Assembly (NCBI GenBank): GCA_964490125.1
Contig: CAZBAJ010000001.1
Coordinates: forward strand, 67,573-131,572
Direction of reading: 5' to 3'
Length of the DNA stretch: 64,000 nt
Source: an uncultured Candidatus Saccharibacteria bacterium
GTDB lineage: Bacteria; Patescibacteriota; WWE3; UBA101185; UBA10185
Of the stretch, positions 48,824 to 57,794 are shown one piece after another. The notes under the pieces were generated by a model. That model searched no databases. It had not been told where the DNA came from and was given only the letters and a program-made list of their open reading frames with translations. A program made the position numbers and the translations under genes. The number at the start of each line of letters is the position of its first letter. Positions within the stretch are counted from its first letter, which is position 1.

Positions 48824-48935
48824 TCTTATTCACCTCCTTTGGATAACAAAAAACCGCGGCTTCTTTCTTTTCCGCGGTGCTTAAATACAACCGATCGCCA
48901 ACTGAACGAAAAGAAAAGGAATGGAAAGGAACCGG
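48824..48935 (-). promoter_or_regulatory. Attenuator-like leader
   Basis: TGTTACAAT promoter; ACCGCGG-loop-CCGCGGU plus U run upstream of the SD; upstream pyrimidine tract complementary to the loop. Confidence 0.5.
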
Positions 48936-48954
48936 ATTTATTGTAACATCTTAG

Positions 48955-49377
48955 CTATTTTTGCACAACATTCTTATCAATTTGCCTTTGGAACTCCTCA
49001 AAATCTCCAAGGTTTATCTGGATGTACTCGTATACTTTGTTTAGATCTATGTCTAAGTAGCTGTGGACGGTTATGTTCCTGAAACCCGTGGCTTGGGTTA
49101 ATTTCTCCGACAAATTCTTGTCGATTATTTTCCTGTCGGCTAGAATTTTAAATACCTCTTTAAGTTCTTTAGGTCGTTCAAAGCCGTCGGAAGCTATTAT
49201 AAGCTTAGCGATATCTAGGCACGCCTCTATAATAACTTGAAGTTGTCGGATGGCAAAATCATATTCGTATGGATTTTCACAGAATTCGGTTTCGTCAGTT
49301 CCAATATAACCGTTTAGTAGAAGAAGGCGTCTGTCTATCTCCTCCATTCTTTGTTTTATAGCCTGTTTATCTACCAT
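48955..49377 (-). CDS. HEPN/DUF86 toxin-like RNase
   Basis: LQVIIEACLDIA and GFRNITVHSY (RxxxxH) motifs. Confidence 0.9.
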   Translation of the reverse strand: MVDKQAIKQRMEEIDRRLLLLNGYIGTDETEFCENPYEYDFAIRQLQVIIEACLDIAKLIIASDGFERPKELKEVFKILADRKIIDKNLSEKLTQATGFRNITVHSYLDIDLNKVYEYIQINLGDFEEFQRQIDKNVVQK

Positions 49378-49792
49378 TTTTACTTTGTAGTCTTTCCACA
49401 ATTTTATTATAGCGCATATCGTACAGGGGTTTTATGTCTGTATAGTCGTCTAACGCGCGGTTTTCAAAGTTCGCCTTGTTTTTAGCATCGGCTGTGTAGA
49501 TTGACTTACCAAAAAGTACGGATGTGTAATAAAGCGGGTACGACATAATTTGCCGAGGTATAGCTTCTATTGTTTTATCTTTTGCAAGAGCTGTAAGTTC
49601 TTCCTGAAGTTTGAACATGTAATTATAAAGATCACCGGGAAGTCTTTCGTCGTCTAGTACAACGCAAATATCCACATCGCTTGCTGGTGTGGCGCTTCCG
49701 TTGACCTGAGATCCGTACAGGTAAGCGTGAAGAATCTCTGGGTGATTTCTAAAACCCTCTATTAAATTTTGTAAGGTTGCTTGGATGTCCAT
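49367..49792 (-). CDS. Minimal nucleotidyltransferase (MNT) antitoxin
   Basis: YLYGSQVNG...SDVDICV motif; overlaps HEPN gene. Confidence 0.9.
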   Translation of the reverse strand: MDIQATLQNLIEGFRNHPEILHAYLYGSQVNGSATPASDVDICVVLDDERLPGDLYNYMFKLQEELTALAKDKTIEAIPRQIMSYPLYYTSVLFGKSIYTADAKNKANFENRALDDYTDIKPLYDMRYNKIVERLQSKNGR

Positions 49793-49864
49793 ACCTGTAT
49801 TTTACACGATATATTCAAAAATAAAAAACAGCCGAGCTTATACCACTTTCGCCTTTTCTTTGTC

Positions 49865-49918
49865 TTGACACATCAGTCCAAATGGTAGATATTGGTGAAG
49901 ACTGGTGAATTATGGTGA
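49865..49918 (+). promoter_or_regulatory. mraZ promoter with four TGGTR repeats at 10-bp spacing (MraZ boxes)
   Basis: TTGACA at 49865; TGGTA/TGGTG at 49883, 49893, 49903 and 49913. Confidence 0.8.
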
Positions 49919-49963
49919 AAGTTGCCATAAAGAAAAATCGCGCAGAAAAGCGTCGTACCGAAT

Positions 49964-50395
49964 ATGAAGATGTTTCTTGGGGAATACCAACCAAATATTA
50001 CGGAAGGAAATCGCATTGCCCTGCCCAAGAAACTGCGGGAGCAAATTGTCGGCGACCAGATAATTTTAGCCAAGGGTTTTGAGCCGTGTGTGTTTGTGTA
50101 CGACAAGGAAGATTGGGCGCAGGAGTGGCAAAAGCAGGTTGACAATCCTATAACGGACGCGCGGACGCGAAATTTAAAAAGGTATATTTTTTCTGGTGCG
50201 ACCGAAGCAGAAATTGATGACCAGGGTAGGTTTGTGGTTCCGCAGTCACTAAGAACTTACGGCGGACTTGCTAAAGATGTGGTGGTTATAGGCGCCGGCG
50301 ACCATGTGGAGCTGTGGGATAAGTCTGGTTGGAGCAAGCATTTAGAAAAAATAAGTGGCGACTTGGTAAAAGAGAAACCTTGGATGGACCTATGA
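49964..50395 (+). CDS. mraZ: Transcriptional regulator MraZ
   Basis: FLGEY, RIALPKKLR, DDQGRFVVP and IGAGDHVELW motifs. Confidence 0.95.
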   Translation: MKMFLGEYQPNITEGNRIALPKKLREQIVGDQIILAKGFEPCVFVYDKEDWAQEWQKQVDNPITDARTRNLKRYIFSGATEAEIDDQGRFVVPQSLRTYGGLAKDVVVIGAGDHVELWDKSGWSKHLEKISGDLVKEKPWMDL

Positions 50396-51393
50396 AGTCT
50401 GTGGCAGAAGGTCCAAAGTACCATGTGCCGGTAATGCTTGCGGAGACGCTAAAGTTTTTGCAAGTGCGGTCGGGTGGCAAGTATATTGATACAACCTTGG
50501 GCGACGGGGGGCATGCGCTTGAACTTTTAAAACTGGGGGGTGAGGTTTTAGGAATCGATGTTAACCAAGGGTCTATCGATAGGGCGGTAAAACGGATTAA
50601 TCTGGCGGGTTTGGGCGACAAGTTTAGTTGGACTTTGGGGAATTTTAAGAACATCGACAAGTTAGCGCAAGAAAAAGGATTTACGCAGGTTGACGGGATT
50701 TTATTTGATTTGGGTGTTAGTACCACACAACTGCGGGATGAGCGATTGGGTTTAGGTTTTGATTCGGATTATGAGCCAGATATGCGGTTGGACGACAAAT
50801 TGGGAGTTAGAGCGTTTGATTTAATAAACGGTTTGTACGAGAACGAGCTGGCGGATTTATTCTGGGAATTTGGCGAAGAGCGGTTTGCTAAAAAGTTTGC
50901 TAAGGAGATTGTAAAAGCTCGCGGTATGGAAAGGATTTCTAGTGCAAGGAGATTGGCGGAAATTGCACGGAAGGCTTTTCCAGGCTACGAGAATGGTAGG
51001 TTGCACCCTGCCACTCGGATTTTTATGGCACTGCGAATTGCCGTAAACGATGAGCTTGAAAACTTAAAAAGTGCACTGCCCCGGGCTGGGCGCTTGCTTG
51101 CTTGCCCTCGTAAAGAGAGGGTAAAGGACAATGTACTGTCACTGCCTGGCGGACGAATGGTCGTTATAAGTTTCCATTCGCTCGAGGACAAAATTGTAAA
51201 AGAGTTTGCCCAAGGCGCCCAGCCCAAAGATGTAAAAGGTGTTGGTGGCGATGTTGAAGGTGATGGGGGTTATGATGATGCTTTGGTTTTAGCGGAGCTT
51301 ACCAAAAAACCGTTAGAACCGACGCCGGAGGAAGTTTTAAACAACCCCAGCGCGCGGAGCGCAAAAATGCGTGTGGTAGAAAGGGTTTTGTAG
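50392..51393 (+). CDS. rsmH: 16S rRNA m4C1402 methyltransferase
   Basis: HVPVM, DTTLGDGGH, DLGVS, ISFHSLEDKIVK and NPSARSAKMR motifs. Confidence 0.96.
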   Translation: MKSVAEGPKYHVPVMLAETLKFLQVRSGGKYIDTTLGDGGHALELLKLGGEVLGIDVNQGSIDRAVKRINLAGLGDKFSWTLGNFKNIDKLAQEKGFTQVDGILFDLGVSTTQLRDERLGLGFDSDYEPDMRLDDKLGVRAFDLINGLYENELADLFWEFGEERFAKKFAKEIVKARGMERISSARRLAEIARKAFPGYENGRLHPATRIFMALRIAVNDELENLKSALPRAGRLLACPRKERVKDNVLSLPGGRMVVISFHSLEDKIVKEFAQGAQPKDVKGVGGDVEGDGGYDDALVLAELTKKPLEPTPEEVLNNPSARSAKMRVVERVL

Positions 51394-51472
51394 ATATGGA
51401 GCCGATCGAGAATAAGTTGGAAAACGGGTATTAGGCATCAAAGTGGTTTTGTTAGTTAAGGTAGTAGCAAAA

Positions 51473-51748
51473 ATGACTAAACTGTCCAAAATATCAATAG
51501 CGATTTTTAGCTTATCTTTTTTAGTCCAATTAGCTGTGTGCAATCATGTTGCGGTTAAAACCAAAGAGCTTAACACCGTCAACAGCCAAATTTCTGGGCT
51601 TCAAAGTCAAATTTCTGCCATAAATCAAGAAATATATTTAGCATCGTCCATTGTGGGTATGGAGAAAAAAGCCAAAGACCAAGGTTTTGCCTCTATGCAA
51701 GTTCAGGTTAAGACTATTGTAAATCCGACTATTGCTCGGGCGTTTTAG
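51473..51748 (+). CDS. FtsL-like cell division protein
   Basis: TM plus coiled coil, located between rsmH and ftsI. Confidence 0.65.
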   Translation: MTKLSKISIAIFSLSFLVQLAVCNHVAVKTKELNTVNSQISGLQSQISAINQEIYLASSIVGMEKKAKDQGFASMQVQVKTIVNPTIARAF

Positions 51749-51750
51749 CT

Positions 51751-53439
51751 ATGCACAACCGCTTTACTCTGGTTAAACTTGGGATTATCGTATTGTCGTT
51801 TATTGCGGCATCCCGACTTTTTAGCATTCAAATCTTGTCGCACAAACTATACATAGCCCGCGCCTACGATCAATACGCCAACTTTATAACAATTCCTGCT
51901 AAACGCGGGGAAATTTTAACCTCCGACGGTTATCCTTTGGCGTCAAATCAAGTGTCGTACTTACTTTACGCCGAACCTAAAAAACTTAAAGACAAGCAAA
52001 AACTAATTGACGCGGTGCTGTCTATTTTACCAAAGGAAATTAGTGCAAAGGAAGATGAGCGACTTAAAGAGTTGCTTGACTACAATTTGGCATGGGTGGC
52101 TTTGGAACATAACTTGTCCCCAACTCAAAAAACAACCTTGGAGCAACTAAAGCTAGAAGGAATTGGGTTTGAAGAAGAATCCGTGCGGTTTTATCCGGAA
52201 GGCTCTTTAGCGGCGCATGTTTTGGGTTATGTGGCGGAGCAGGAGGACGGTACACAAGGCGGTTACTATGGTATTGAGGCGGCTTTTAATGGCGACTTAC
52301 AGGGTCGACCAGGCAAAGTAACGGAGGAAAAAGATGCACTAGGTCTTTCTATTTTGACGGGCGGATTTACAAAAGTTCCACCGGTGGACGGCAAGCCAAT
52401 TAGGTTAACCATAGACCGCACTGTGCAGTACATTATAGAAAAAAAGCTTAAGGAGGGTGTAGAAAAGTACGATGCTGGAGACGGCGTGATTATTGTAATG
52501 AATCCCATGGACGGCAGTATTTTGGGCATGGCGACTTATCCGGCATATGATCCTCAAAACATGGATTTTACCGAGCCCGCTGTTTCTGCCGAGTCCGGTA
52601 GAAAGGCGCGTGAGCATAGAAATCTGGCAATTTCGTATTTATATGAGCCGGGTTCCGTAATAAAGCCGTTAACTGTTTCCTCCGCCATAGATTTAGGTTT
52701 AGCGACGCCGGAAACTGCTTATTTCGACCCGGGTTCTGCAGTGTATTCAAATTATACTATTAGAAATTGGGATGGAAAAGCTTTAGGACCCATGAATTTA
52801 ACCACTCTGCTCCAAAAGTCTAACAACATTGGTGCGGCATGGGTAGGACATTTGGTTGGTGCAGACGCACTTTCTACTTATTTTAGAAAATATGGTCTTG
52901 GCGCCCTTTCCGGGGTGGCACTGGAGGGTGAGGAGGCAAGTTTACTTAGGGATTACAAGGAAACTACTGACATTGATCTTGCTACTATGTCCTTTGGACA
53001 GGGAATTTTAGCAACGCCTTTACAGGTGTTAAACGCGTTTAATGCTATTGCAAATGGTGGTATTTTGTATCGCCCAAAAATTGTAGCGGACACGGAGCCA
53101 AAAGAGCTTGGTAGAGTAATAAAAAAAGAGACTTCCAATACTATGATAGATATGCTAATAAAAGCGGTGGACGGTGGGGAGTCAAAATACTTTAATATTA
53201 AAAACTATGTAGTGGCGGGCAAAACGGGTACTGCGCAAATTGCAGTTGCCGGTGGTTACGATCCGCATAAAACTAACGCCACATTTGTGGGCTTTTTGCC
53301 CGCCACCAAAAGATTTTCTATGATAGTTAAGTTGCGAGAACCCCAAACAAGTATTTACGCGGCAGAGACTGCCGTCCCTCTTTGGATGGAGACGGCCGGC
53401 GAGCTGGCAAAGTACTATTCTATCCCGTCAGATAAATAA
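51751..53439 (+). CDS. ftsI: Class B penicillin-binding protein (FtsI-like)
   Basis: EPGSVIK, SNN and KTGTAQ motifs; dcw context. Confidence 0.9.
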   Translation: MHNRFTLVKLGIIVLSFIAASRLFSIQILSHKLYIARAYDQYANFITIPAKRGEILTSDGYPLASNQVSYLLYAEPKKLKDKQKLIDAVLSILPKEISAKEDERLKELLDYNLAWVALEHNLSPTQKTTLEQLKLEGIGFEEESVRFYPEGSLAAHVLGYVAEQEDGTQGGYYGIEAAFNGDLQGRPGKVTEEKDALGLSILTGGFTKVPPVDGKPIRLTIDRTVQYIIEKKLKEGVEKYDAGDGVIIVMNPMDGSILGMATYPAYDPQNMDFTEPAVSAESGRKAREHRNLAISYLYEPGSVIKPLTVSSAIDLGLATPETAYFDPGSAVYSNYTIRNWDGKALGPMNLTTLLQKSNNIGAAWVGHLVGADALSTYFRKYGLGALSGVALEGEEASLLRDYKETTDIDLATMSFGQGILATPLQVLNAFNAIANGGILYRPKIVADTEPKELGRVIKKETSNTMIDMLIKAVDGGESKYFNIKNYVVAGKTGTAQIAVAGGYDPHKTNATFVGFLPATKRFSMIVKLREPQTSIYAAETAVPLWMETAGELAKYYSIPSDK

Positions 53440-53461
53440 ATTCTATTCAGATTAGAGACAA
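53435..53461 (+). promoter_or_regulatory. Repeated upstream motif, copy 3
   Basis: 27 bp identical to 6605..6631; 5 bp before TTGCAA. Confidence 0.75.
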
Positions 53462-53581
53462 GTGTATTGCAATGTTATTACTTTTGGTAATAATGGTGTC
53501 AGTCATAATTTTGCTAGGCAAGCCGGTAAGTTTGCATCTTAAGTGAGTGGGTACGGTTGCTACTATGCCGGCTTGTTATAT

Positions 53582-53935
53582 ATGAATACACGACTTATTG
53601 GAAAAGTGGGCGAGGTTATAGCGTCCAAATATTTACAGGAAAAAGGTTTTTCCATTGTGGCAAAAAATTGGACTTGTCGCTGGGGAGAAATCGACCTAGT
53701 TGCGGAAAAAGACAATATTTTAACTTTTGTGGAGGTTAAGTATCGCGCCGGAGGTATAAATTGTCACCCGTCCGAGGCCATGACTTACTACAAACGCAAA
53801 AGTTTGCAACGGAGCATTAATATATATTTGGCAAAAAATTATGTCACCAAGCCTTGGCGAGTGGATGTGCTGTGCGTTAGCAAGCTGGGCAAATCATTGC
53901 GGGTTGATTATTATGAGTATGTATCCTTGCTCTAG
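53582..53935 (+). CDS. yraN: YraN family (UPF0102) nuclease-like protein
   Basis: GKVGE, GEIDLVA, FVEVKYR and WRVDV motifs. Confidence 0.9.
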   Translation: MNTRLIGKVGEVIASKYLQEKGFSIVAKNWTCRWGEIDLVAEKDNILTFVEVKYRAGGINCHPSEAMTYYKRKSLQRSINIYLAKNYVTKPWRVDVLCVSKLGKSLRVDYYEYVSLL

Positions 53936-54039
53936 TTATTTTGCTTTAAATTCAAGTCGTTTGACTGAATTTGTGTTTAGTACTAAGTCGTCCAAAAATT
54001 ACACTTGTATTTTTTGTCGGACTACTTTACTATAATGAT

Positions 54040-54441
54040 ATGACAAAAAAAGTCCTGATAGTAGAAGACGACATGGCGTTGTTTAACATGTACTCCGTGG
54101 AACTTAAAATTAAGGGCTACGATGTGTTAAATGTAAACGACGGTCTTCAGGCGCTTTCTAAGGCTAAAGAGTATCAGCCGGCAGTTATTTTGTTGGACAT
54201 TATGTTGCCCGGCATGAACGGACTTAACATTCTTACGGAACTTAAGGCAGACTCCCAAACCGCGGATATTCCAGTTATCATGCTCACCAATTACGGTAGT
54301 GAGGACAATGTTAAAAAGGCTTTGGAAAGTGGCGCAACAGACTACATTATGAAGTACAAGATACTGCCTTCCGAATTGGCAGAAAAAATAGAGGTAGTTT
54401 TGGGTACTTCTAGCCAGTCCGATGTCAAAATAGCAATTTAA
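54040..54441 (+). CDS. Single-domain response regulator
   Basis: VEDD, LLDIMLPGMNG and PVIMLTN motifs. Confidence 0.92.
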   Translation: MTKKVLIVEDDMALFNMYSVELKIKGYDVLNVNDGLQALSKAKEYQPAVILLDIMLPGMNGLNILTELKADSQTADIPVIMLTNYGSEDNVKKALESGATDYIMKYKILPSELAEKIEVVLGTSSQSDVKIAI

Positions 54442-54447
54442 GATCTA

Positions 54448-56169
54448 ATGAATGACCAACCCGCCCTTGACGCATATCTAAACCTTGCGATTTTACTTTT
54501 ACTTGCGTTTTTTATTATTTTTATTGTAATTCGCCAGATAGTAAAGTCCAAAAAAACCAAAAAACTACTTAAAGACCAAAACCAAGCTTTAGAAAGAGCA
54601 AAACAACAACTTACGGTGTGGCAGGCTTTGCCCGACTTATTAAAAAGGCAAGCTTACACGGGTGACCTTGAGCAAAATTTGGATTTAGTGGCAAGTTATT
54701 TACTAAAAGCTTTGGACGCGTCGTCAATTTCTTATGTCTACAAAACTCCCCAAGGATACTCTTTTAGGGCAAGACTTCTAGGCGATGTGAGCCGCGCGTA
54801 TTTTATTAAAAGCAAGCAAGCAGTAATTTCCGGTTATTTAACTACCGCGGGCATGACTAATCAGGAAATTCTTGCGGAAGACCATATTGCGGGGGGCTCG
54901 GTTTTGACACCAGAAAATCCCCAACCGGGTGAATGTATTAGCGATTATTTAACCTCCGCAATGGCACCCATTTATTTTAAGAGCGAGATAGTAGGTTTGG
55001 TGGGTGTTTTTGGCAGTAATCCCGGTTTAACGGATTCTTCCACAGCGGAGGTTATTACCAAGGTGGTGGAGCTGGCGACTTTTTATGCTGACGAGTACAA
55101 AGTCAATTTAGCCAGGGAGCAAGGAAAAATTGAATCGGTTTTGCACAGTATGGACGAGGGTGTGGTGCTCTTTGATAGCGCTTATAAAGTGTCGCTCATG
55201 AATAAAACGGCCTGTATATTCTTAGCGTGTAAGGATGACTTACCCAAGGATATTACCGAGTTTACAACTTTATTAAAAGCCGCGTTACCTATCCAAGAAG
55301 TGGTTTCTGGAGTTATGGACGGAGGAGAAATTAAGTCGCTAAAAAGAATATTTGTTAATAATTATTATTTAGGTTTTACATTTATGCCGGTTAAGTACGA
55401 CCGGGAGATTATTGGCGTGGCGGTAATTATAAGCAACGATTCAGAAGAAGAGCGACTTAAAAATCTGCGTGAGGATTTTACTGCCATGATGGTTCACGAA
55501 CTTCGCGCTCCGCTTACTATTATTAGAGGTTCGGCGGACATGATTTTGCAAAATAAAGAAAAATTCTCGCCTCAAGATGTTGACCTGTTTTTAACACAAA
55601 TTAAAACCTCCGCGTGGGATTTGCTAAAACTGGTAAATGATCTTTTGGATTCGGCAAAGATTGAGTCCGGCAAATTTACGGTTGACAAGTTGCCATGCGA
55701 CCTAAACGCTGTTTTGCGTCAAGAGGTAGAAAATTACAAAGTCTTTATCGAGTCAAAAAACATTGACTTAACACTGGACTTGGCGGATAACCTGCCACAA
55801 CTGCAGCTGGACAAAGAAAAGATCGTTCAGGTGCTTAATAATTTAATGTCCAACGCGGTTAAATTTACCTACAAAGGGGAAATTACCCATATGGCAGAAC
55901 GCGGGTTTATTAAGGTAGGGTCGCGGTTGCAGGGTGGCTTTGTGCAGATTTTTGTGGCGGACAACGGGCCCGGCATTCCAAACGAAGTCAAAAAGCAATT
56001 ATTTAATAAGTTTGTTCAGGCTCGGGAGTCTAGTATTTCAAACGAAAGTGGCACAGGTTTAGGTTTGGTTATTGCTAAAGGTATTGTGGAGGCGCATGGT
56101 GGTAGAATATGGGTGGAAGATAATGTACCAAAAGGCTCTGTATTTATTTTTACTCTACCTGTAAGTTAG
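54448..56169 (+). CDS. Membrane-anchored sensor histidine kinase (GAF/PAS-like)
   Basis: HELRAP, NLMSNAVKF, DNGPGI and GTGLGL motifs. Confidence 0.92.
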   Translation: MNDQPALDAYLNLAILLLLAFFIIFIVIRQIVKSKKTKKLLKDQNQALERAKQQLTVWQALPDLLKRQAYTGDLEQNLDLVASYLLKALDASSISYVYKTPQGYSFRARLLGDVSRAYFIKSKQAVISGYLTTAGMTNQEILAEDHIAGGSVLTPENPQPGECISDYLTSAMAPIYFKSEIVGLVGVFGSNPGLTDSSTAEVITKVVELATFYADEYKVNLAREQGKIESVLHSMDEGVVLFDSAYKVSLMNKTACIFLACKDDLPKDITEFTTLLKAALPIQEVVSGVMDGGEIKSLKRIFVNNYYLGFTFMPVKYDREIIGVAVIISNDSEEERLKNLREDFTAMMVHELRAPLTIIRGSADMILQNKEKFSPQDVDLFLTQIKTSAWDLLKLVNDLLDSAKIESGKFTVDKLPCDLNAVLRQEVENYKVFIESKNIDLTLDLADNLPQLQLDKEKIVQVLNNLMSNAVKFTYKGEITHMAERGFIKVGSRLQGGFVQIFVADNGPGIPNEVKKQLFNKFVQARESSISNESGTGLGLVIAKGIVEAHGGRIWVEDNVPKGSVFIFTLPVS

Positions 56170-56183
56170 AAGTTAGGAGGTTT

Positions 56184-57734
56184 ATGGCTGACAAAAATTT
56201 AACCATCGTTAAGGAAATTTTTAGAAATTACGACATTAGGGGGGTTTACGGTAAGACTTTGTTTGATGATGACGCTTATTTAATTGGTAGGGCGTTTGGT
56301 TTGCGACTTAGTAAACTGGGAGCAAAAAACTGCGCGGTGGGTTACGATAATAGGCTAAGTTCACAGGCGCTGTATGCAAAATATCGGGATGGACTTTTAT
56401 CGGCTGGGATTGATGTAATTGAGCTTGGGGAGTGTTTAACGCCGTTAATTAAATTTTATGTGTATGAAAAAAAGTTGGACGCGGGAACTTCTCTTACGGC
56501 AAGTCATAACAGCGCGGAATATAACGGATTTAAACTAATGCTTAAGGATGCCAAGCCCTTTTTTGGCGACGAGATTTTAAGTTTGTACGACGATATTGTT
56601 GCGGGACTTGGAGACGAGTTATCTACTGGTATCGACGAAGCTATTTCTGCCAGAACTTCGGTTGGGTTATTAAATCAAAATGATTCTTCTGGGAAGCCAG
56701 TCTCCAAAAAAATTACCTTTGGGAAAGTCATCCCAGGAAACGACCTGTTAGAACTTTACGCAAAATTTTTGGCGGAGAGATTTGATTTTAAAGGTAAAGG
56801 ATTTAAAGTTGCTCTAAATTGTGGCAACGGTACGGCAAGTAATTTTGCGCCAAAAATTTTGCGTGATCTTGGTGTGGAGGTTGTAGAAGTTAACTGTGTG
56901 TCGGACGGAACCTTCCCCAACGGTGCCCCCGACCCCGAGCGTCACGATTTTATGCAGGCTCTAGAGAAAAAAGTCCTGCAGGAAAAATGCCACCTAGGTT
57001 TTGGGTTGGACGGCGATTCCGACAGATTCGGTTTGGTGGATGAAAACGGCTTTCATTACGAGTCGGACAAACTTATGATGTTACTTGCCAGTTACCTTTT
57101 GCCCCAGCACCCCGGCGGACTCATTTGTTGCGATATCAAGTCGTCATCAAGTCTCATAAAACTTATTACAGAGCTTGGAGGAAAAGGTCAAATTATTAAA
57201 ACCGGCTATCCCTACCACATTCCGCAGGCGCAAGGCGACGCGTTATTTAGCGCGGAGCTTTCCGGCCATTTCTTTTTTGGGCGCAAACTTGGCTTTTACG
57301 GGTTGGACGACGGGATAATTTCCGCTTGCATGTTGTTAAAGGTGTACGACGAGCTGTCCGACAATGTTGGCACTGCTCAAAGCAAAACTTTTAGTCAACT
57401 TATGGCGGATTTTCCCAAGCTGTATCACACGGCGGAAGTTAAAATTAATTGTGACGACGCGGTAAAGATGTCAGCCATAGAAAAAATTGTTGCCAAAGCA
57501 AAGGGCGATACGCGAATTAAAGATGTTTTAATTATTGACGGCGTTCGTGGGGCAACTTCCGACACGGGTTGGTTTCTACTTCGCGCTTCTAACACCTCGC
57601 CTTACATTGTGGGACGGGTAGAAGGCGCCACGGAGCAAGAAGTCGACCAGATAAAATCTTTAGTAGCAGAGTTGTTAACCGTCGGTGAACTTTCTGGCGA
57701 GGTAATAACTTCCGCCCCAGTCTATTATTCCTAG
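56184..57734 (+). CDS. Phosphomannomutase/phosphoglucomutase
   Basis: FRNYDIRG, TASHN, DGDSDR and RASNT motifs. Confidence 0.93.
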   Translation: MADKNLTIVKEIFRNYDIRGVYGKTLFDDDAYLIGRAFGLRLSKLGAKNCAVGYDNRLSSQALYAKYRDGLLSAGIDVIELGECLTPLIKFYVYEKKLDAGTSLTASHNSAEYNGFKLMLKDAKPFFGDEILSLYDDIVAGLGDELSTGIDEAISARTSVGLLNQNDSSGKPVSKKITFGKVIPGNDLLELYAKFLAERFDFKGKGFKVALNCGNGTASNFAPKILRDLGVEVVEVNCVSDGTFPNGAPDPERHDFMQALEKKVLQEKCHLGFGLDGDSDRFGLVDENGFHYESDKLMMLLASYLLPQHPGGLICCDIKSSSSLIKLITELGGKGQIIKTGYPYHIPQAQGDALFSAELSGHFFFGRKLGFYGLDDGIISACMLLKVYDELSDNVGTAQSKTFSQLMADFPKLYHTAEVKINCDDAVKMSAIEKIVAKAKGDTRIKDVLIIDGVRGATSDTGWFLLRASNTSPYIVGRVEGATEQEVDQIKSLVAELLTVGELSGEVITSAPVYYS

Positions 57735-57794
57735 TCCTTGGGGTACGCATACAAGTAGAATACTCTGGTAAAATTGGGTCGCTTTGATTACTTT

